Notes: generated from the sequence alone by a model not told the origin. A DNA stretch of 64,000 nucleotides from Candidatus Omnitrophica bacterium UBA6253 (GCA_002441245.1 DJVP01000008.1:170540-234539), one strand, 5' to 3'; counted from the stretch's first letter, positions 30,234-40,975 are shown. Made by a program: numbers and translations.

Positions 30234-31682
30234 ATGAAAATACTTTTAATTACACCTCCCATTTTTAAAAACAATAGCAGTCAGATTTGGACAAACCGTA
30301 TTAGGCGGGGTTTCCTGCCCCCCTTGGGTATTGGTTACCTTGCTGCAGTCTTGATTCAAGATGGGCATATGGTTAAGATAATAGATTCTCAGGGGATGGG
30401 TTATGACGTAGGCAAGGTTATCTCTGGGGTAAGAAGTTACGGGCCTGATGCCCTGGGAGTCTCTTTTTTAACGCCCCAGGAGGATGATGCATATAAAATA
30501 ATAAGCGAAATAAAGAAATATTTTAAAGATATCCCGGTTATCGTTGGAGGGGCGCATCCAAGTTGTTTCCCCCAGGAAACAATGGAAAGATGTAAGGAGA
30601 TCGATGTCTTGGTTGCCGGCGAAGGTGAATATATTATGCTTGATATAATCCACTGTTTAGAAAAAGGCGGCGCATTAAAAGACGTAAAAGGAATTTATTT
30701 CCGGAACGACAATGGGGGAGTCTTAAAAACCTCGAAAGACTGCCAGGTGGTTGATTTGGATACGTTGCCTTTTCCTGCCCGCCATCTTTATAATTTAGCA
30801 TCTTATGCCCCCGAGCCTTTTGAAAATAAACGTTTGCCATCGACAAGCATGGTTGTTTCCAGGGGCTGCACTTATGCCCAGTGTACATTTTGTTATCGTT
30901 CCGGTATTTTAAAAAAACAATATAGAATCCAAAGCGCCGAGAAAACTATAGATGAGATACGCTACCTGGTTAAGAATTTCGGAGTCAAAGAGTTCATATT
31001 TTATGATGATAGCCTGTTATCAGACAAAAAATGGATAACAAGCTTTCTTAGGTTATTGAAAAAAGAAAGAATTCTGATTTCATGGTCTTTCCGCGGCAGG
31101 TCAGATGCGGTTGAGCTTGATATTTTAGAAGAGGCAAAAGAAACAGGTTGTTTTAGTATCGCTTTTGGATTTGAATCAGGGAATCAGGACCTTCTTGATA
31201 ATATTAAGAAGGGGATTACTTTAGAGCAAAGCAGGCGCGCAGCCAGTTTAGCCAACAGCGTAGGATTGGAGGTTGTAGGCACATTCATGCTGGGGTTACC
31301 CGGGGAGACTCCAAAAAAGGCAGAAAAAACAATAGAATTTGCTATAGATCTCGATTGTACTTATGCCGCTTTTATACCAACACATCCTTTTCCGGGGACT
31401 GAACTATATGATCAATGCCGGGAAAGAGGGGAGATTGTAGAAAGTCCTTATTCGGATGAAGTGCGGCATTCAAGGTATATTCCAAGGATAGCCTATATAC
31501 CGTCCGGATACAAGAATAAAGAAGAGCTTTCAGGAATGGTAATAAATGCTTACAAAAGATTTTATCTTCGCTCAGGCTTCTTTTACAAGCATATTAGAAA
31601 GATTAATAGTCTTGAAGACATAAAAAGATATTGGGATGGAATTACTTTCTTTCTCGGGTTATCTTTAAGCAGGGGATCATGA
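30234..31682 (+). CDS. class B (B12-binding) radical SAM protein
   Basis: N-terminus MKILLITPP...LGIGYLAAVL..VKIIDSQ (B12-binding-like). rSAM motif SRGCTYAQCTFCYRS. Confidence 0.8.
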   Translation: MKILLITPPIFKNNSSQIWTNRIRRGFLPPLGIGYLAAVLIQDGHMVKIIDSQGMGYDVGKVISGVRSYGPDALGVSFLTPQEDDAYKIISEIKKYFKDIPVIVGGAHPSCFPQETMERCKEIDVLVAGEGEYIMLDIIHCLEKGGALKDVKGIYFRNDNGGVLKTSKDCQVVDLDTLPFPARHLYNLASYAPEPFENKRLPSTSMVVSRGCTYAQCTFCYRSGILKKQYRIQSAEKTIDEIRYLVKNFGVKEFIFYDDSLLSDKKWITSFLRLLKKERILISWSFRGRSDAVELDILEEAKETGCFSIAFGFESGNQDLLDNIKKGITLEQSRRAASLANSVGLEVVGTFMLGLPGETPKKAEKTIEFAIDLDCTYAAFIPTHPFPGTELYDQCRERGEIVESPYSDEVRHSRYIPRIAYIPSGYKNKEELSGMVINAYKRFYLRSGFFYKHIRKINSLEDIKRYWDGITFFLGLSLSRGS

Positions 31683-32374
31683 GTCTTATGGTAAATGAAA
31701 TTTCTGTATTTATACCAGCATATAATGACGAAAAGACGATAGGGAGAGTTATTTTAGATGCCATTTATGTTTTGCACCCCCTAAGGATTGACTATGAAAT
31801 AATTATTGTTGACGACGGCAGCAGGGATACTACGGCTGAAATAATTAGGGGCCTTGCTAAAACCTATAAAATGATAAAACTCATACAACATGGAAACAAC
31901 AGAGATTATGGGGCAGCATTAAGAACCGGGTTTAAGGCAGCAACCAAGGAATGGGTGTTCTATACCGATGGAGACGGGCAATATGATATAAAAGAAATAA
32001 CTAAGCTATTACCTTATACAGAAGATTTTATTTTTATAAATGGGTGTATAATAAAAAGAAAAGATCCAGCATACAGGATTATTTTTGGAAAGGCGTATCA
32101 ATTTTTAATTGATACCTGTTTTGGTAAAACACTGGTATATACTAATTGCGATTTCAGGTTAATCAAAAAAGAAACCATTGATCGAATTACCATAAATTCA
32201 AATAGCGGTTTTGCTCCGGCAGAAATGATCGTCAAGCTGACTAGGAACGGGGTGAAGGCCAAAGAAGTTTTGATCAGTCACTTTCCACGGCAATACGGCC
32301 ATTCTCAGTTTTTTAACGTCAGGAAAATTTTCGGTTTGATAAGCGATTTCTTAAAGTTTCTGATATATAAATGA
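31679..32374 (+). CDS. GT2 glycosyltransferase, polyprenyl-phosphate sugar synthase-like (DPM1/ArnC-like)
   Basis: ISVFIPAYNDEKTI, IIVDDGSRDTT and YTDGDGQYD motifs. 232 aa. ATGA overlap with the upstream rSAM gene. Confidence 0.75.
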   Translation: MSLMVNEISVFIPAYNDEKTIGRVILDAIYVLHPLRIDYEIIIVDDGSRDTTAEIIRGLAKTYKMIKLIQHGNNRDYGAALRTGFKAATKEWVFYTDGDGQYDIKEITKLLPYTEDFIFINGCIIKRKDPAYRIIFGKAYQFLIDTCFGKTLVYTNCDFRLIKKETIDRITINSNSGFAPAEMIVKLTRNGVKAKEVLISHFPRQYGHSQFFNVRKIFGLISDFLKFLIYK

Positions 32375-32506
32375 ATAATTTTGTTTATATTATAGCTAGG
32401 GGCAGGATAAAATTGCCCGAAATAACTTAGCTGGTATGGAAGGGGCAATTCAGCCCTATTTAAAATATGCAGAATGTGCCTTTTAAGCTATTAATCAGGA
32501 TAATAA

Positions 32507-33496
32507 ATGGCCAATAATTTATTTGCTGGCAAAAAAGTATTAATTGCAGGAGGAATGGGGTTTATCGGAAGCAACCTAGCGCGTGAATTAGTAAGGTTAA
32601 AAGCCAACGTTTTGATTATAGACTCCATGTTTCCTTCGTGTGGAGGCAATAATTTTAATATAAAAGGTCTTAGAGGCAAGTGTAAAATAGTAATCAAAGA
32701 TATAAGGGAGCAACTTCTTATAAATAATCTGGTAAAGAATCAGGATTTTATTTTTAGTTTGGCAGGGCAAGTTAGCCATGTCAGCAGCCTGGATAATCCG
32801 TTTTGGGACCTGGAGAACAATTGCCGGGCACAACTTTCATTGCTTGAGGCTTGCAAAAAATATAACCCTAAAGCAAAAATAGTTTTTTCTGGAACTAGGG
32901 GGGAATATGGAAAATCCGTGTATTTACCGGTAGACGAAAGCCACCCTATGAAACCAGTTGATATCAACGGGATCAATAAGATGGCGGCAGAATCATATTA
33001 TTTATTGTATCACAGAAACTATGGGTTAAGGACGGTTTCGCTTAGGCTGACTAATACCTATGGGCCAGGGATGCAAATGAAAAACAACACTCAGGGGTTC
33101 TTGAATTTATTTATACGATTAGCAATGGATGGCAGGGATATAAAAATCTTTGGGAAAGGTGCGCAGGTCAGGGATTTCAATTACATAGATGATGTGACCA
33201 GCGCATTTTTAATCTCTGCTGTAAATAACAATTCTGATGGGCAGAGTTTTAATTTAGGAAGCGATGCGCCTATAAGCATTATTGATGTGGCAAAATTGGT
33301 TATCGAGTTGTGCGGCCGCGGGAGAATTAAACACGTGCCTTTTCCCGAAGAATACAAGATGACCGAGGTAGGAGATTACGTTAGTAACAATAAAAAAATT
33401 AAGAGAACCTTAGGTTGGAAACCCAGGGTTGCGTTAAGAAAAGGTCTTGGCGAGACGATAGATTATTATAAAAAGTATAAAGAATACTACTGGTAA
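32507..33496 (+). CDS. NAD-dependent sugar epimerase/dehydratase (extended SDR family)
   Basis: N-terminal GGMGFIGSNL Rossmann motif. 329 aa, the typical size of UDP-sugar 4-epimerase, 4,6-dehydratase or decarboxylase enzymes. Confidence 0.75.
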   Translation: MANNLFAGKKVLIAGGMGFIGSNLARELVRLKANVLIIDSMFPSCGGNNFNIKGLRGKCKIVIKDIREQLLINNLVKNQDFIFSLAGQVSHVSSLDNPFWDLENNCRAQLSLLEACKKYNPKAKIVFSGTRGEYGKSVYLPVDESHPMKPVDINGINKMAAESYYLLYHRNYGLRTVSLRLTNTYGPGMQMKNNTQGFLNLFIRLAMDGRDIKIFGKGAQVRDFNYIDDVTSAFLISAVNNNSDGQSFNLGSDAPISIIDVAKLVIELCGRGRIKHVPFPEEYKMTEVGDYVSNNKKIKRTLGWKPRVALRKGLGETIDYYKKYKEYYW

Positions 33497-33567
33497 CACG
33501 TTAATGGATAAAAACGTAATTTGTTGGGGAGCGTATAAATCAAGATTGCGGGAGGTCATAAATAATT

Positions 33568-35271
33568 ATGAATAGTTACAGGGTAAGATTTTTATTAAGA
33601 AAACTAAATATTTTTTCAATTGAGCTAAGAAGCTCCTCCCTGAAGAGTATGAGGCAGTTATTTGCTAGCCCATTTAAAGCCAATCGTTACCTGCGGGCTT
33701 TTTTAAAATATAATATGGTTTTTGCCCCAAAGGCGCCGATAACAGAAAAAAACCCAAAACTTTCAGTAAACAATTTTAATTTATTTGGCGATTTTGAAGA
33801 GTTGCATAATAGGATAGCGGGAACAGAGGAAGATTTTGCAAAGATTATCGCGCAGATAAAAAAGCTTGCGGTTAAAGGTCGAGAGGTCAAGATAACCATC
33901 GGTCTTTCAAGGTATAATTTTGCGCGGCTGAATAAAATGGCTGAATTCCTTATGTTTCTTTTAGGGGAAAAAATAGACCTTTCTTCAATTGAGCTTAAGC
34001 TTTTTCCGGTAAAAGACCTAGCAGAAAATGTTTTTAGATATATTGAAAGTATTAAAAAGCAAATAGATAACAAAAAAATAGAAATATCGTTTTATGACAA
34101 CCAATTAATGGATATTCTTAATACAGTAAGCCTGCATGCTAAGGTAGACCCCGGCAGGGAAAGGAATCTGCTAAGGCTTTTAGGAATAATTAGCGAGCAG
34201 GTTTTTATCGGTCCGCAAACAATTGTTTTTGATCCGTTCCACCGTTGTAATACAAAATGCCAGCATTGCTGGGTTCATACTCCCGGAGTAAAACATCCGG
34301 AGGAATTCCTCGAGCGTAAATTTGATTTTGAGCTTTTTAAAAAGATAATTGATGATGCCTCTGGAATGATGACTGATGGAATTATCCTCCAGGGCGATGG
34401 TGAACCGCTAATGTATGATAAATTCATGCCTATGCTCAGATACGCGCGCAGCAAGAAATTGGGGGTATTATTTTTTACGAACGGGATCTTGCTCGATGAG
34501 GAAAAATCAAAGGAGGTGATAGAATTAGGGGTCAATGAGATTTACTGTAGTTTTCCTGCCGGCAGCGCTGAAACTTATGCCAAAATCTCCACAGTTCAGC
34601 CCGGAGATACTTTTTATAAAGTGCGCGATAATTTAAAGAGGTTTATGGAGCTTAGGAGAAAATCCGGAAACAGTCAACCTCGACTGATTGTCAGCCATGT
34701 TATTCATACTCTTAATTATCACGAATTGATAGAAATGGCCAAAATGGATGCCCATATTGCTCCGGATGCGGTGCGTTTTTACCTGATCAGACTTGATGTT
34801 ATGAACAAATTCCTGCAATTAAAACCCCATGAAATAGAAATAATCAAAAAACAGGTCCCGGAAATCTCACGGATACTTGAAAAAAATAACATTGAGCTTG
34901 TCAACAATTTTGAATTTCAGCTTGACCATTATGATGAAAAGACCGGCGCCTGGTCGAAAGATTTCTTTTTAAGCCATGGTTGCACAATCGGTTGGTATTT
35001 CAATCTTATCCCCGCTAAATATGATATGAGTTTTTGCTGCCATTTGCGCACCGTCGGATACCTGGACAAAAGATCATTTAAGGATGTATGGAATTCAACT
35101 GAATACTGGCGATGGAGAAGGCAGGCTAAATATCTCAAGGATAATAAATTCGCGCGGTTTGCTAATGGGCAGCTGCTATACGATGAACATTGTGATCACT
35201 GCGATAACCACCAGACAATTATCAAAACAATGAATGAATTGAAAAAATACGATTTATATAAATACTACTAA
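33568..35271 (+). CDS. radical SAM protein with Cys-rich C-terminal region and ~220-aa N-terminal domain (paralog of the 5404 gene)
   Basis: CNTKCQHCWVHTP triad, GPQTIVFDPFHR, C-terminal CCHLR...CDHCDNHQ. The N-terminal domain matches the middle part of the 5404 gene (GLSRYNFARL versus GVSRYNFFCL). Confidence 0.8.
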   Translation: MNSYRVRFLLRKLNIFSIELRSSSLKSMRQLFASPFKANRYLRAFLKYNMVFAPKAPITEKNPKLSVNNFNLFGDFEELHNRIAGTEEDFAKIIAQIKKLAVKGREVKITIGLSRYNFARLNKMAEFLMFLLGEKIDLSSIELKLFPVKDLAENVFRYIESIKKQIDNKKIEISFYDNQLMDILNTVSLHAKVDPGRERNLLRLLGIISEQVFIGPQTIVFDPFHRCNTKCQHCWVHTPGVKHPEEFLERKFDFELFKKIIDDASGMMTDGIILQGDGEPLMYDKFMPMLRYARSKKLGVLFFTNGILLDEEKSKEVIELGVNEIYCSFPAGSAETYAKISTVQPGDTFYKVRDNLKRFMELRRKSGNSQPRLIVSHVIHTLNYHELIEMAKMDAHIAPDAVRFYLIRLDVMNKFLQLKPHEIEIIKKQVPEISRILEKNNIELVNNFEFQLDHYDEKTGAWSKDFFLSHGCTIGWYFNLIPAKYDMSFCCHLRTVGYLDKRSFKDVWNSTEYWRWRRQAKYLKDNKFARFANGQLLYDEHCDHCDNHQTIIKTMNELKKYDLYKYY

Positions 35272-35401
35272 TTTATATCTATGCGCACCCCGATAAAGTT
35301 TTTTCTTGTCTTTTGCCTTTTTTTGCTGTCACTGATCATGGATTCGTGTCTGTATCTTCTTAAGAAATTAAAAAAGATCATTATTTTCCCCGGGGGTTGA
35401 T

Positions 35402-36589
35402 ATGAAAATACTCATGGTGCATCCGCACGACATCTATTCGCTTGCCGAACCCTGGGCGGTACGCATAGTTTATTTTGCCAAAGAGTTTGAGAAAAAAGGG
35501 CATACAGTGGAACTGGCATATTTCCCTTTAGAATGGAACCGCCAAAAGGCCTGGCGATTATCTAAAAATATACGTCTTATCCCTTTACCAAGGAAACACG
35601 GTCCCCATATTTTGATTTCCAATATTTTGGTGTTGTGGCGCCTGGCAGCCCGGGTGGATATCGTACATTTACAGAAATGTTTTTACCATGCTGCTATCCC
35701 TGCAATGTTAGCCGCTCTTTTTAGGGGTAAGCATTTGCATTATGATTGGGATGATTGGGAAGTTAAAATATATGAAGTTTCTACCTATCCAAGCTTACTG
35801 AGGAATGTTATCCGTAAATTTCTCTCTATTTTGGAAAATACCATTCCGCTAGTAGCTGATACTGTTTCCGTGGCAAGCCGGCGGTTAAAAATAGAATGCA
35901 ATAAGATTATCAGGCGCGGCGATATGATTTTTGATGCCCATGTGGGTGCGGATCTTAAGCAGTTCAATCCTCTGGTTTCCGGTTTGGCTGTTAAGGAGAA
36001 ATTCGGCATTACAAGACCGCTTATTTTGTATCTTGGTCAACTCCACGGTGGACAGTATGTTGAACTTTTTATCCGAACTGCTAAAAAGCTAATAAGCGAT
36101 TATCATCAGAATTTATCTTTTATGATAGTGGGCGATGGGTATATGGCTAATGATCTGAAGAAAATGACAAACAATTTGGATTTAAGCAGGGACATAATCT
36201 TTACCGGAGCCGTTTCTCATGAACTTGTTCCGCAGTATGTTGCTGCCGCAGATATATGCGTTGCCTGTTTTGAGGAAAACGAAGTTACTTCGTGTAAGAG
36301 CCCTCTTAAGATAGTCGAATATTTGGCTTCCGGAAAAGCAATTGTTGCTAGCAAAGTAGGGGAGGTTCCGGAGATGCTGCAGGATTCGGGAGTTTTAGTG
36401 GCCCCCGGAGATGTCGAATCTTTGGCATCGGGAGTTATCAGGGTATTATCCGATTCCGAGTTCAAAGATAAAATTCAGAAATCAGCCCGCAAGCGTGCGG
36501 AAGAAAAATATAATTGGGAGGTAACTGCCAGCAACCTCTTGAAGGCCTACGAAAACAGAGTTGTCAAAAATAAAAATTATCGCCTTTAA
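35402..36589 (+). CDS. GT4 family glycosyltransferase (GT-B fold)
   Basis: EX7E motif EYLASGKAIVASKVGEVPEM. 395 aa. Confidence 0.75.
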   Translation: MKILMVHPHDIYSLAEPWAVRIVYFAKEFEKKGHTVELAYFPLEWNRQKAWRLSKNIRLIPLPRKHGPHILISNILVLWRLAARVDIVHLQKCFYHAAIPAMLAALFRGKHLHYDWDDWEVKIYEVSTYPSLLRNVIRKFLSILENTIPLVADTVSVASRRLKIECNKIIRRGDMIFDAHVGADLKQFNPLVSGLAVKEKFGITRPLILYLGQLHGGQYVELFIRTAKKLISDYHQNLSFMIVGDGYMANDLKKMTNNLDLSRDIIFTGAVSHELVPQYVAAADICVACFEENEVTSCKSPLKIVEYLASGKAIVASKVGEVPEMLQDSGVLVAPGDVESLASGVIRVLSDSEFKDKIQKSARKRAEEKYNWEVTASNLLKAYENRVVKNKNYRL

Positions 36590-36614
36590 TATATTCAACG
36601 AATATTAAATAACA

Positions 36615-38933
36615 ATGAATAAAAGATTAGAAAAAGATTGCAGAGGGAAAATTAACTGGGGTATATATTCTTTAGTGGCGATTATTTTGTTTCATTTTAT
36701 AAATAACCTTATCTGGCTTCATTTAGATCAAACATATCTTTTGGATGATGCTCATTGGCACTTTTTATTCAGCTTGAGAGTTTTTGACTTCTTAAGAGAA
36801 CGCATTTTTCCGTCCTTGGCCGAAATTTCCAATAATTATTTTGCTTTTAGGTGGCATGGGATTCTAGTTGGATATTTAACTGCTCCTTTCTATTTTATCT
36901 TTGGCTTAACTCAAGACTCGGCAGTCATAATAAGCAGCTCAATTTTCCTGTCTATCCTTGTGCTTTCTATCTATGGAGTTGGAAAGACTCTTTTTGATAA
37001 AAGGACGGGTCTTTTATCAGCATTTTTGGTATCTATGTATCCTTTGGTATTTAACCATATGAGAACGTACATGCTAGACCTTCCCTTGACTTCTATGGTT
37101 GTTTTAAGCGTTTTCCTGCTTTTAAAAACCGAAGGTTTTACTAGTAGAAAGTACTCTTGCCTTTTTGCTGTTATCTCCGGCCTTGGTTTACTGATAAAAT
37201 TCAATTTTGCCATTTTTATCTTAGGTCCACTGGCTATAATTATTTACAAACTCTTGAGGAAAAATGGCTTTAAACAGACATGGCGAAACATGGCCTTGGT
37301 ACTTTTTATTATAGTTTTAATCTCCTTTAGATTTTATGGACTGAAATTCTGGGAGGTAGCTAATCGTATCTATAGTTGTTCTTGGTTTTATACGATTAAT
37401 TTTTATCCCAGAATTTCTTTTATTTATATTCTGCAGAATTATCTAACGGTGGGCAAGGATTATCTATTCTTTTTCCTGAGGGATTGTTTTAATAATTCTG
37501 TTTCGCCTATGCTGTTTATTTTGTTTTCCTTCGGAATCTTTGCCAATAATAAACACAGGGGGATCTTATTTGCCTGGTTAGGTTTTCCGGTATTTTTATT
37601 AGCCTTTTTATTTTACTATCCCGATCAAAGCAGGTATTTCATGCCGGTTTTGCCGGTTTTAGCCTTGATTTCTAGTGCCGGAATTATGACATTACAAAGC
37701 GTAAAATTAAGGCGAATGTTTATAACCTTGGTTGTTGGCTTAGGCTGCTTCCAGTATTTTGCCATATCTTACAGAATTGATTTTTTGCCTAAACAAATTC
37801 AAATGAAAATCCCGCTAGGGCATAATAGGTCTTTGCCCATTATGGTGTTTAAAAGAGATTTAGATATGGGGTTTAGGAGCGGAGTAGATACTTTTTCTTA
37901 TCCTGCAAGGATAGAGGATAAAAACAAAGAATTGCTTAATGAGATATTAGAAAACTCAAATAACTTGCAAAACAAAATTAATGTATTTTTTATGGGTAGT
38001 AACGTTCGGATTTATCAACCGTTTATATATGAGGCTTTTGTCAGAAAATTGCCTATCGCTATTAATTATGTTCCTCTTAGCGAAGAAGAGAAATATAAGG
38101 ATCAGACATTAGAGGTATATAATATATTAAGGGCGGATTATGTAGTTGTTACAAGGGGGCGGCGCAATCAGGGTGCACCACTTTTTATAAAAAAGAGATT
38201 AGAGGAATCAAGCCTGTTCTTTGAAAGAAATATTGGCAAGTTTAAATTGATAAAGGAATTCAATTTTACTAATGGGGACTCACTTTTATTGTATAAGAAG
38301 AAAAATCAAAACTATTCCAGAATTGTCAAAAATAATTTAGAAGTTTTTTTCAAAGATGGCATTGTAAGGATAGTTTATCATGGCAAAGAGATAACAAGCA
38401 ATGTTGGTTTAGAGGTTTCGTTTACGTTAGAAGGAAAGCATTATTCCAATCCTTATTTTCAGTGGAGCAGCGAATTCGTAAGCCATAAGAGTCTGATAAT
38501 TTATGCCAAAGCTGAAGATTTGCCTTTGTTGATGAAGTGGGAACTTAGCCTTGAGAATAGCCGAAAGATAGACTGGAAAGTAAGTATTGATACATTGCTT
38601 AAAAATAAAATTGATAATTTATATTTAACCCTATTTTTAACACCAAGATATACGGAATGGGAGAGTTTTTTGGGAAAAAAAGAATTTGGTTCAAGGAATA
38701 TACATGTTTTTGAAGAAATTAGGCTGCTTGATTCAAGAACAAAATCAGTTATCTTGTATAGCTCAAAAGAAAAGACTCTTCCAAAGATAATGTTTTCTGC
38801 TGACAATTATTCGGATGTTCTGCCTTTCGTTAAATGGAGAAATGATTTAAGGGGCATCGGATTTTATGTAAAAACAAAAAGCCAGCCTTTGGATAAACAA
38901 AACATTTTTTCTGGAATTATTTCTTTTAAATAG
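36615..38933 (+). CDS. GT-C fold membrane glycosyltransferase (GT39/ArnT/PMT-like) with ~330-aa C-terminal soluble domain carrying ELTKG-type module
   Basis: N-terminal polytopic region with a first-loop DD motif (HLDQTYLLDDAHWHF). The C-terminus contains FFKDGIVRIVYHGKEITSNVG and MKWELSLENSRKIDWKV, both similar to the Wzt C-terminal modules. Confidence 0.7.
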   Translation: MNKRLEKDCRGKINWGIYSLVAIILFHFINNLIWLHLDQTYLLDDAHWHFLFSLRVFDFLRERIFPSLAEISNNYFAFRWHGILVGYLTAPFYFIFGLTQDSAVIISSSIFLSILVLSIYGVGKTLFDKRTGLLSAFLVSMYPLVFNHMRTYMLDLPLTSMVVLSVFLLLKTEGFTSRKYSCLFAVISGLGLLIKFNFAIFILGPLAIIIYKLLRKNGFKQTWRNMALVLFIIVLISFRFYGLKFWEVANRIYSCSWFYTINFYPRISFIYILQNYLTVGKDYLFFFLRDCFNNSVSPMLFILFSFGIFANNKHRGILFAWLGFPVFLLAFLFYYPDQSRYFMPVLPVLALISSAGIMTLQSVKLRRMFITLVVGLGCFQYFAISYRIDFLPKQIQMKIPLGHNRSLPIMVFKRDLDMGFRSGVDTFSYPARIEDKNKELLNEILENSNNLQNKINVFFMGSNVRIYQPFIYEAFVRKLPIAINYVPLSEEEKYKDQTLEVYNILRADYVVVTRGRRNQGAPLFIKKRLEESSLFFERNIGKFKLIKEFNFTNGDSLLLYKKKNQNYSRIVKNNLEVFFKDGIVRIVYHGKEITSNVGLEVSFTLEGKHYSNPYFQWSSEFVSHKSLIIYAKAEDLPLLMKWELSLENSRKIDWKVSIDTLLKNKIDNLYLTLFLTPRYTEWESFLGKKEFGSRNIHVFEEIRLLDSRTKSVILYSSKEKTLPKIMFSADNYSDVLPFVKWRNDLRGIGFYVKTKSQPLDKQNIFSGIISFK

Positions 38934-39000
38934 TCACACAAGGTGCCATTTTTATTTTATAAAACATCGTAAAAAGCATGGCTTTGGAAATTAAAGATAA

Positions 39001-40116
39001 ATGGCTAATTCTAAAAATAAAAGAATTATATTTATAACGCGAGAAGGGTATCATCTTTCTGGAGCCAGAGTAAGGTGCTATAATTTTGCCTGCGAATTAA
39101 AAAAACTCGGCCTGGATACGCAAGTATTCTCATTCGGCGACCATCTTGCGGCGAAATACGGGGAAGAAGAAAGCCAAATGCCCTTCAGGAAGAAAATTTA
39201 CCTTAATATCTCAGCAATAAAGAAACTGGCCCAAGAGAAGGGCTCTGTATTTTTCATACAACGGCTCAATTATCACTCTTTGGCTCCTGTATTTGTTTCT
39301 TTGTTCAGGAGGAATAAGATTATATTTGATTGTGATGACTGGAATATCCGGGAGGACCCCGTTTACTATTTTGGCCTTTATCCCAGTTCAAAAATGGAAT
39401 TTCTTACCCGCGGTATCTGTGGTTATGCCAATGTTTGCACAACGGCGAGCATGTTTCTTAAGGAATATTTTGGTAAATTTTCCCGCAAAATTTATTATCT
39501 GCCGACTGGAGTTGATACTGATCTTTTTAAGCCCCAGCCAGATATCCACAATGATTCAGCGGTCAGGTTTTCCTGGGTAGGGACAATATATCATAGAGAA
39601 ATGTATGAAAATGTGCGATTTATCTTGGATTGCTTTTCTGTTTTAGCCAAACAACATGAGAACATATTTTTGTATCTGGCCGGCTCAGGTTCATATTTTA
39701 AAGATATCTTTGAACAAGCAAAAAGCCTATTTTGTGCAGATCGTATAGCCATAAGCAGCTGGATTCATCCGGATAAGATGCCTGATTACTTGAGCCATAT
39801 GGATATAGGGCTTTTGCCTTTGATCCAGGACAGCAAATTTAACCAGGCGAAAAGTCCCACTAAGCTTTTTGAATATATGGCTTTGGCTAAACCGGTAGTT
39901 GCCAGCAAAATGGGGGAGGCTGAGTTGATCATTAAGGATGGTAAAACCGGATTCCTGGCGTCAAACAAGGAAGATTTTGTATATTATATGAAGCTTTTGA
40001 TAGATGGCGTAAGGTTAAGGAATGATTTGGGATATAAGGCAAGAAAGGAAGTTGAAACGGGATATTCGCTTAAAGTTTTAGGCTGTAGACTTAAGTCGAT
40101 ACTCGATTATATTTAA
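39001..40116 (+). CDS. GT4 family glycosyltransferase
   Basis: EX7E-like motif EYMALAKPVVASKMGEAELII. 371 aa. Confidence 0.7.
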   Translation: MANSKNKRIIFITREGYHLSGARVRCYNFACELKKLGLDTQVFSFGDHLAAKYGEEESQMPFRKKIYLNISAIKKLAQEKGSVFFIQRLNYHSLAPVFVSLFRRNKIIFDCDDWNIREDPVYYFGLYPSSKMEFLTRGICGYANVCTTASMFLKEYFGKFSRKIYYLPTGVDTDLFKPQPDIHNDSAVRFSWVGTIYHREMYENVRFILDCFSVLAKQHENIFLYLAGSGSYFKDIFEQAKSLFCADRIAISSWIHPDKMPDYLSHMDIGLLPLIQDSKFNQAKSPTKLFEYMALAKPVVASKMGEAELIIKDGKTGFLASNKEDFVYYMKLLIDGVRLRNDLGYKARKEVETGYSLKVLGCRLKSILDYI

Positions 40117-40973
40117 TGATTAAGATTTCAGTAGTGATTTTGACTTACAATAGCGCAAGTTACATAAAGCCGTGCCTGGATTCTGTCTATGGACAGAATT
40201 ATCAGGGGGTTGAGATAATAGTGGTGGATAACGGTTCAAAAGATGAAACAGCAGGTCTGGTTAGAGAAAATTATCCCCAGGTAATTTTAATTAAAAATAA
40301 AAATAACCTTGGTGCCTGTAAGGGCAGAAACCAGGGTATTGAAGCTGCACACGGAGAATGGATTGTCACTTTAGATTGTGATATAATACTTACGAATAAT
40401 TTTTTGTGTGAAATTGTAAAAATTATTAAACATGCCTCTAATACGGTAGGTATGATTCAACCGAAAATAATGAATGTGCATAAAAACACTATTTTCTCAA
40501 TGGGAATATACGTGTCCTTTTTGCGCAGATTTCACGATATCGGTAAGAATAAAATAAACTCAACAAAATTCAACAAACAAAAATATATTTTTGGAGTTTG
40601 CTCTGCGGCGGCTGCATATAAGAGAGATATGCTTGAGGCTATCAGGGGTGCGAATGGATATTTCGACGAACGTTTTTTCTTTCTATTTGAAGATGTTGAT
40701 TTATCCTGGAGAGCGCAGAAAAGAGGGGTAAAGGCTTCATTTTGCCCCGGTGCCGTATGTTATCATCATGGTGATAGCTCTCATACTCCTGAAAATATCA
40801 GGCAATATCTTAGTTTGCGCAATCGTTATTTTACCTTACTAAAAAATGATTTTCCGCGCAGGATTATTTTGTCTTTTATATTTTACGATCTTCCGCGTTT
40901 CCTGTATATATTAATAACCAACCCTTATGCCCTAAGGGCACTCAATGACGTTCTTTATTTTAAACGTAGTTAA
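40116..40973 (+). CDS. GT2 family glycosyltransferase
   Basis: ISVVILTYNSASYI, VVDNGSKDET and a DxD motif (TLDCDIIL). TAATG overlap with the upstream gene. Confidence 0.8.
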   Translation: MIKISVVILTYNSASYIKPCLDSVYGQNYQGVEIIVVDNGSKDETAGLVRENYPQVILIKNKNNLGACKGRNQGIEAAHGEWIVTLDCDIILTNNFLCEIVKIIKHASNTVGMIQPKIMNVHKNTIFSMGIYVSFLRRFHDIGKNKINSTKFNKQKYIFGVCSAAAAYKRDMLEAIRGANGYFDERFFFLFEDVDLSWRAQKRGVKASFCPGAVCYHHGDSSHTPENIRQYLSLRNRYFTLLKNDFPRRIILSFIFYDLPRFLYILITNPYALRALNDVLYFKRS

Positions 40974-40975
40974 TA

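Noticed and set aside
35385-35397. CCCCGGGGG palindrome just upstream of the GT4 start
   Set aside because: Too short to call an operator or terminator. No downstream T-tract. Possibly incidental.
39293-39580. Overlapping + strand ORF inside the GT4 gene 39001-40116
   Set aside because: It lies in an alternative frame of a gene with a clear EX7E motif and has no independent support.
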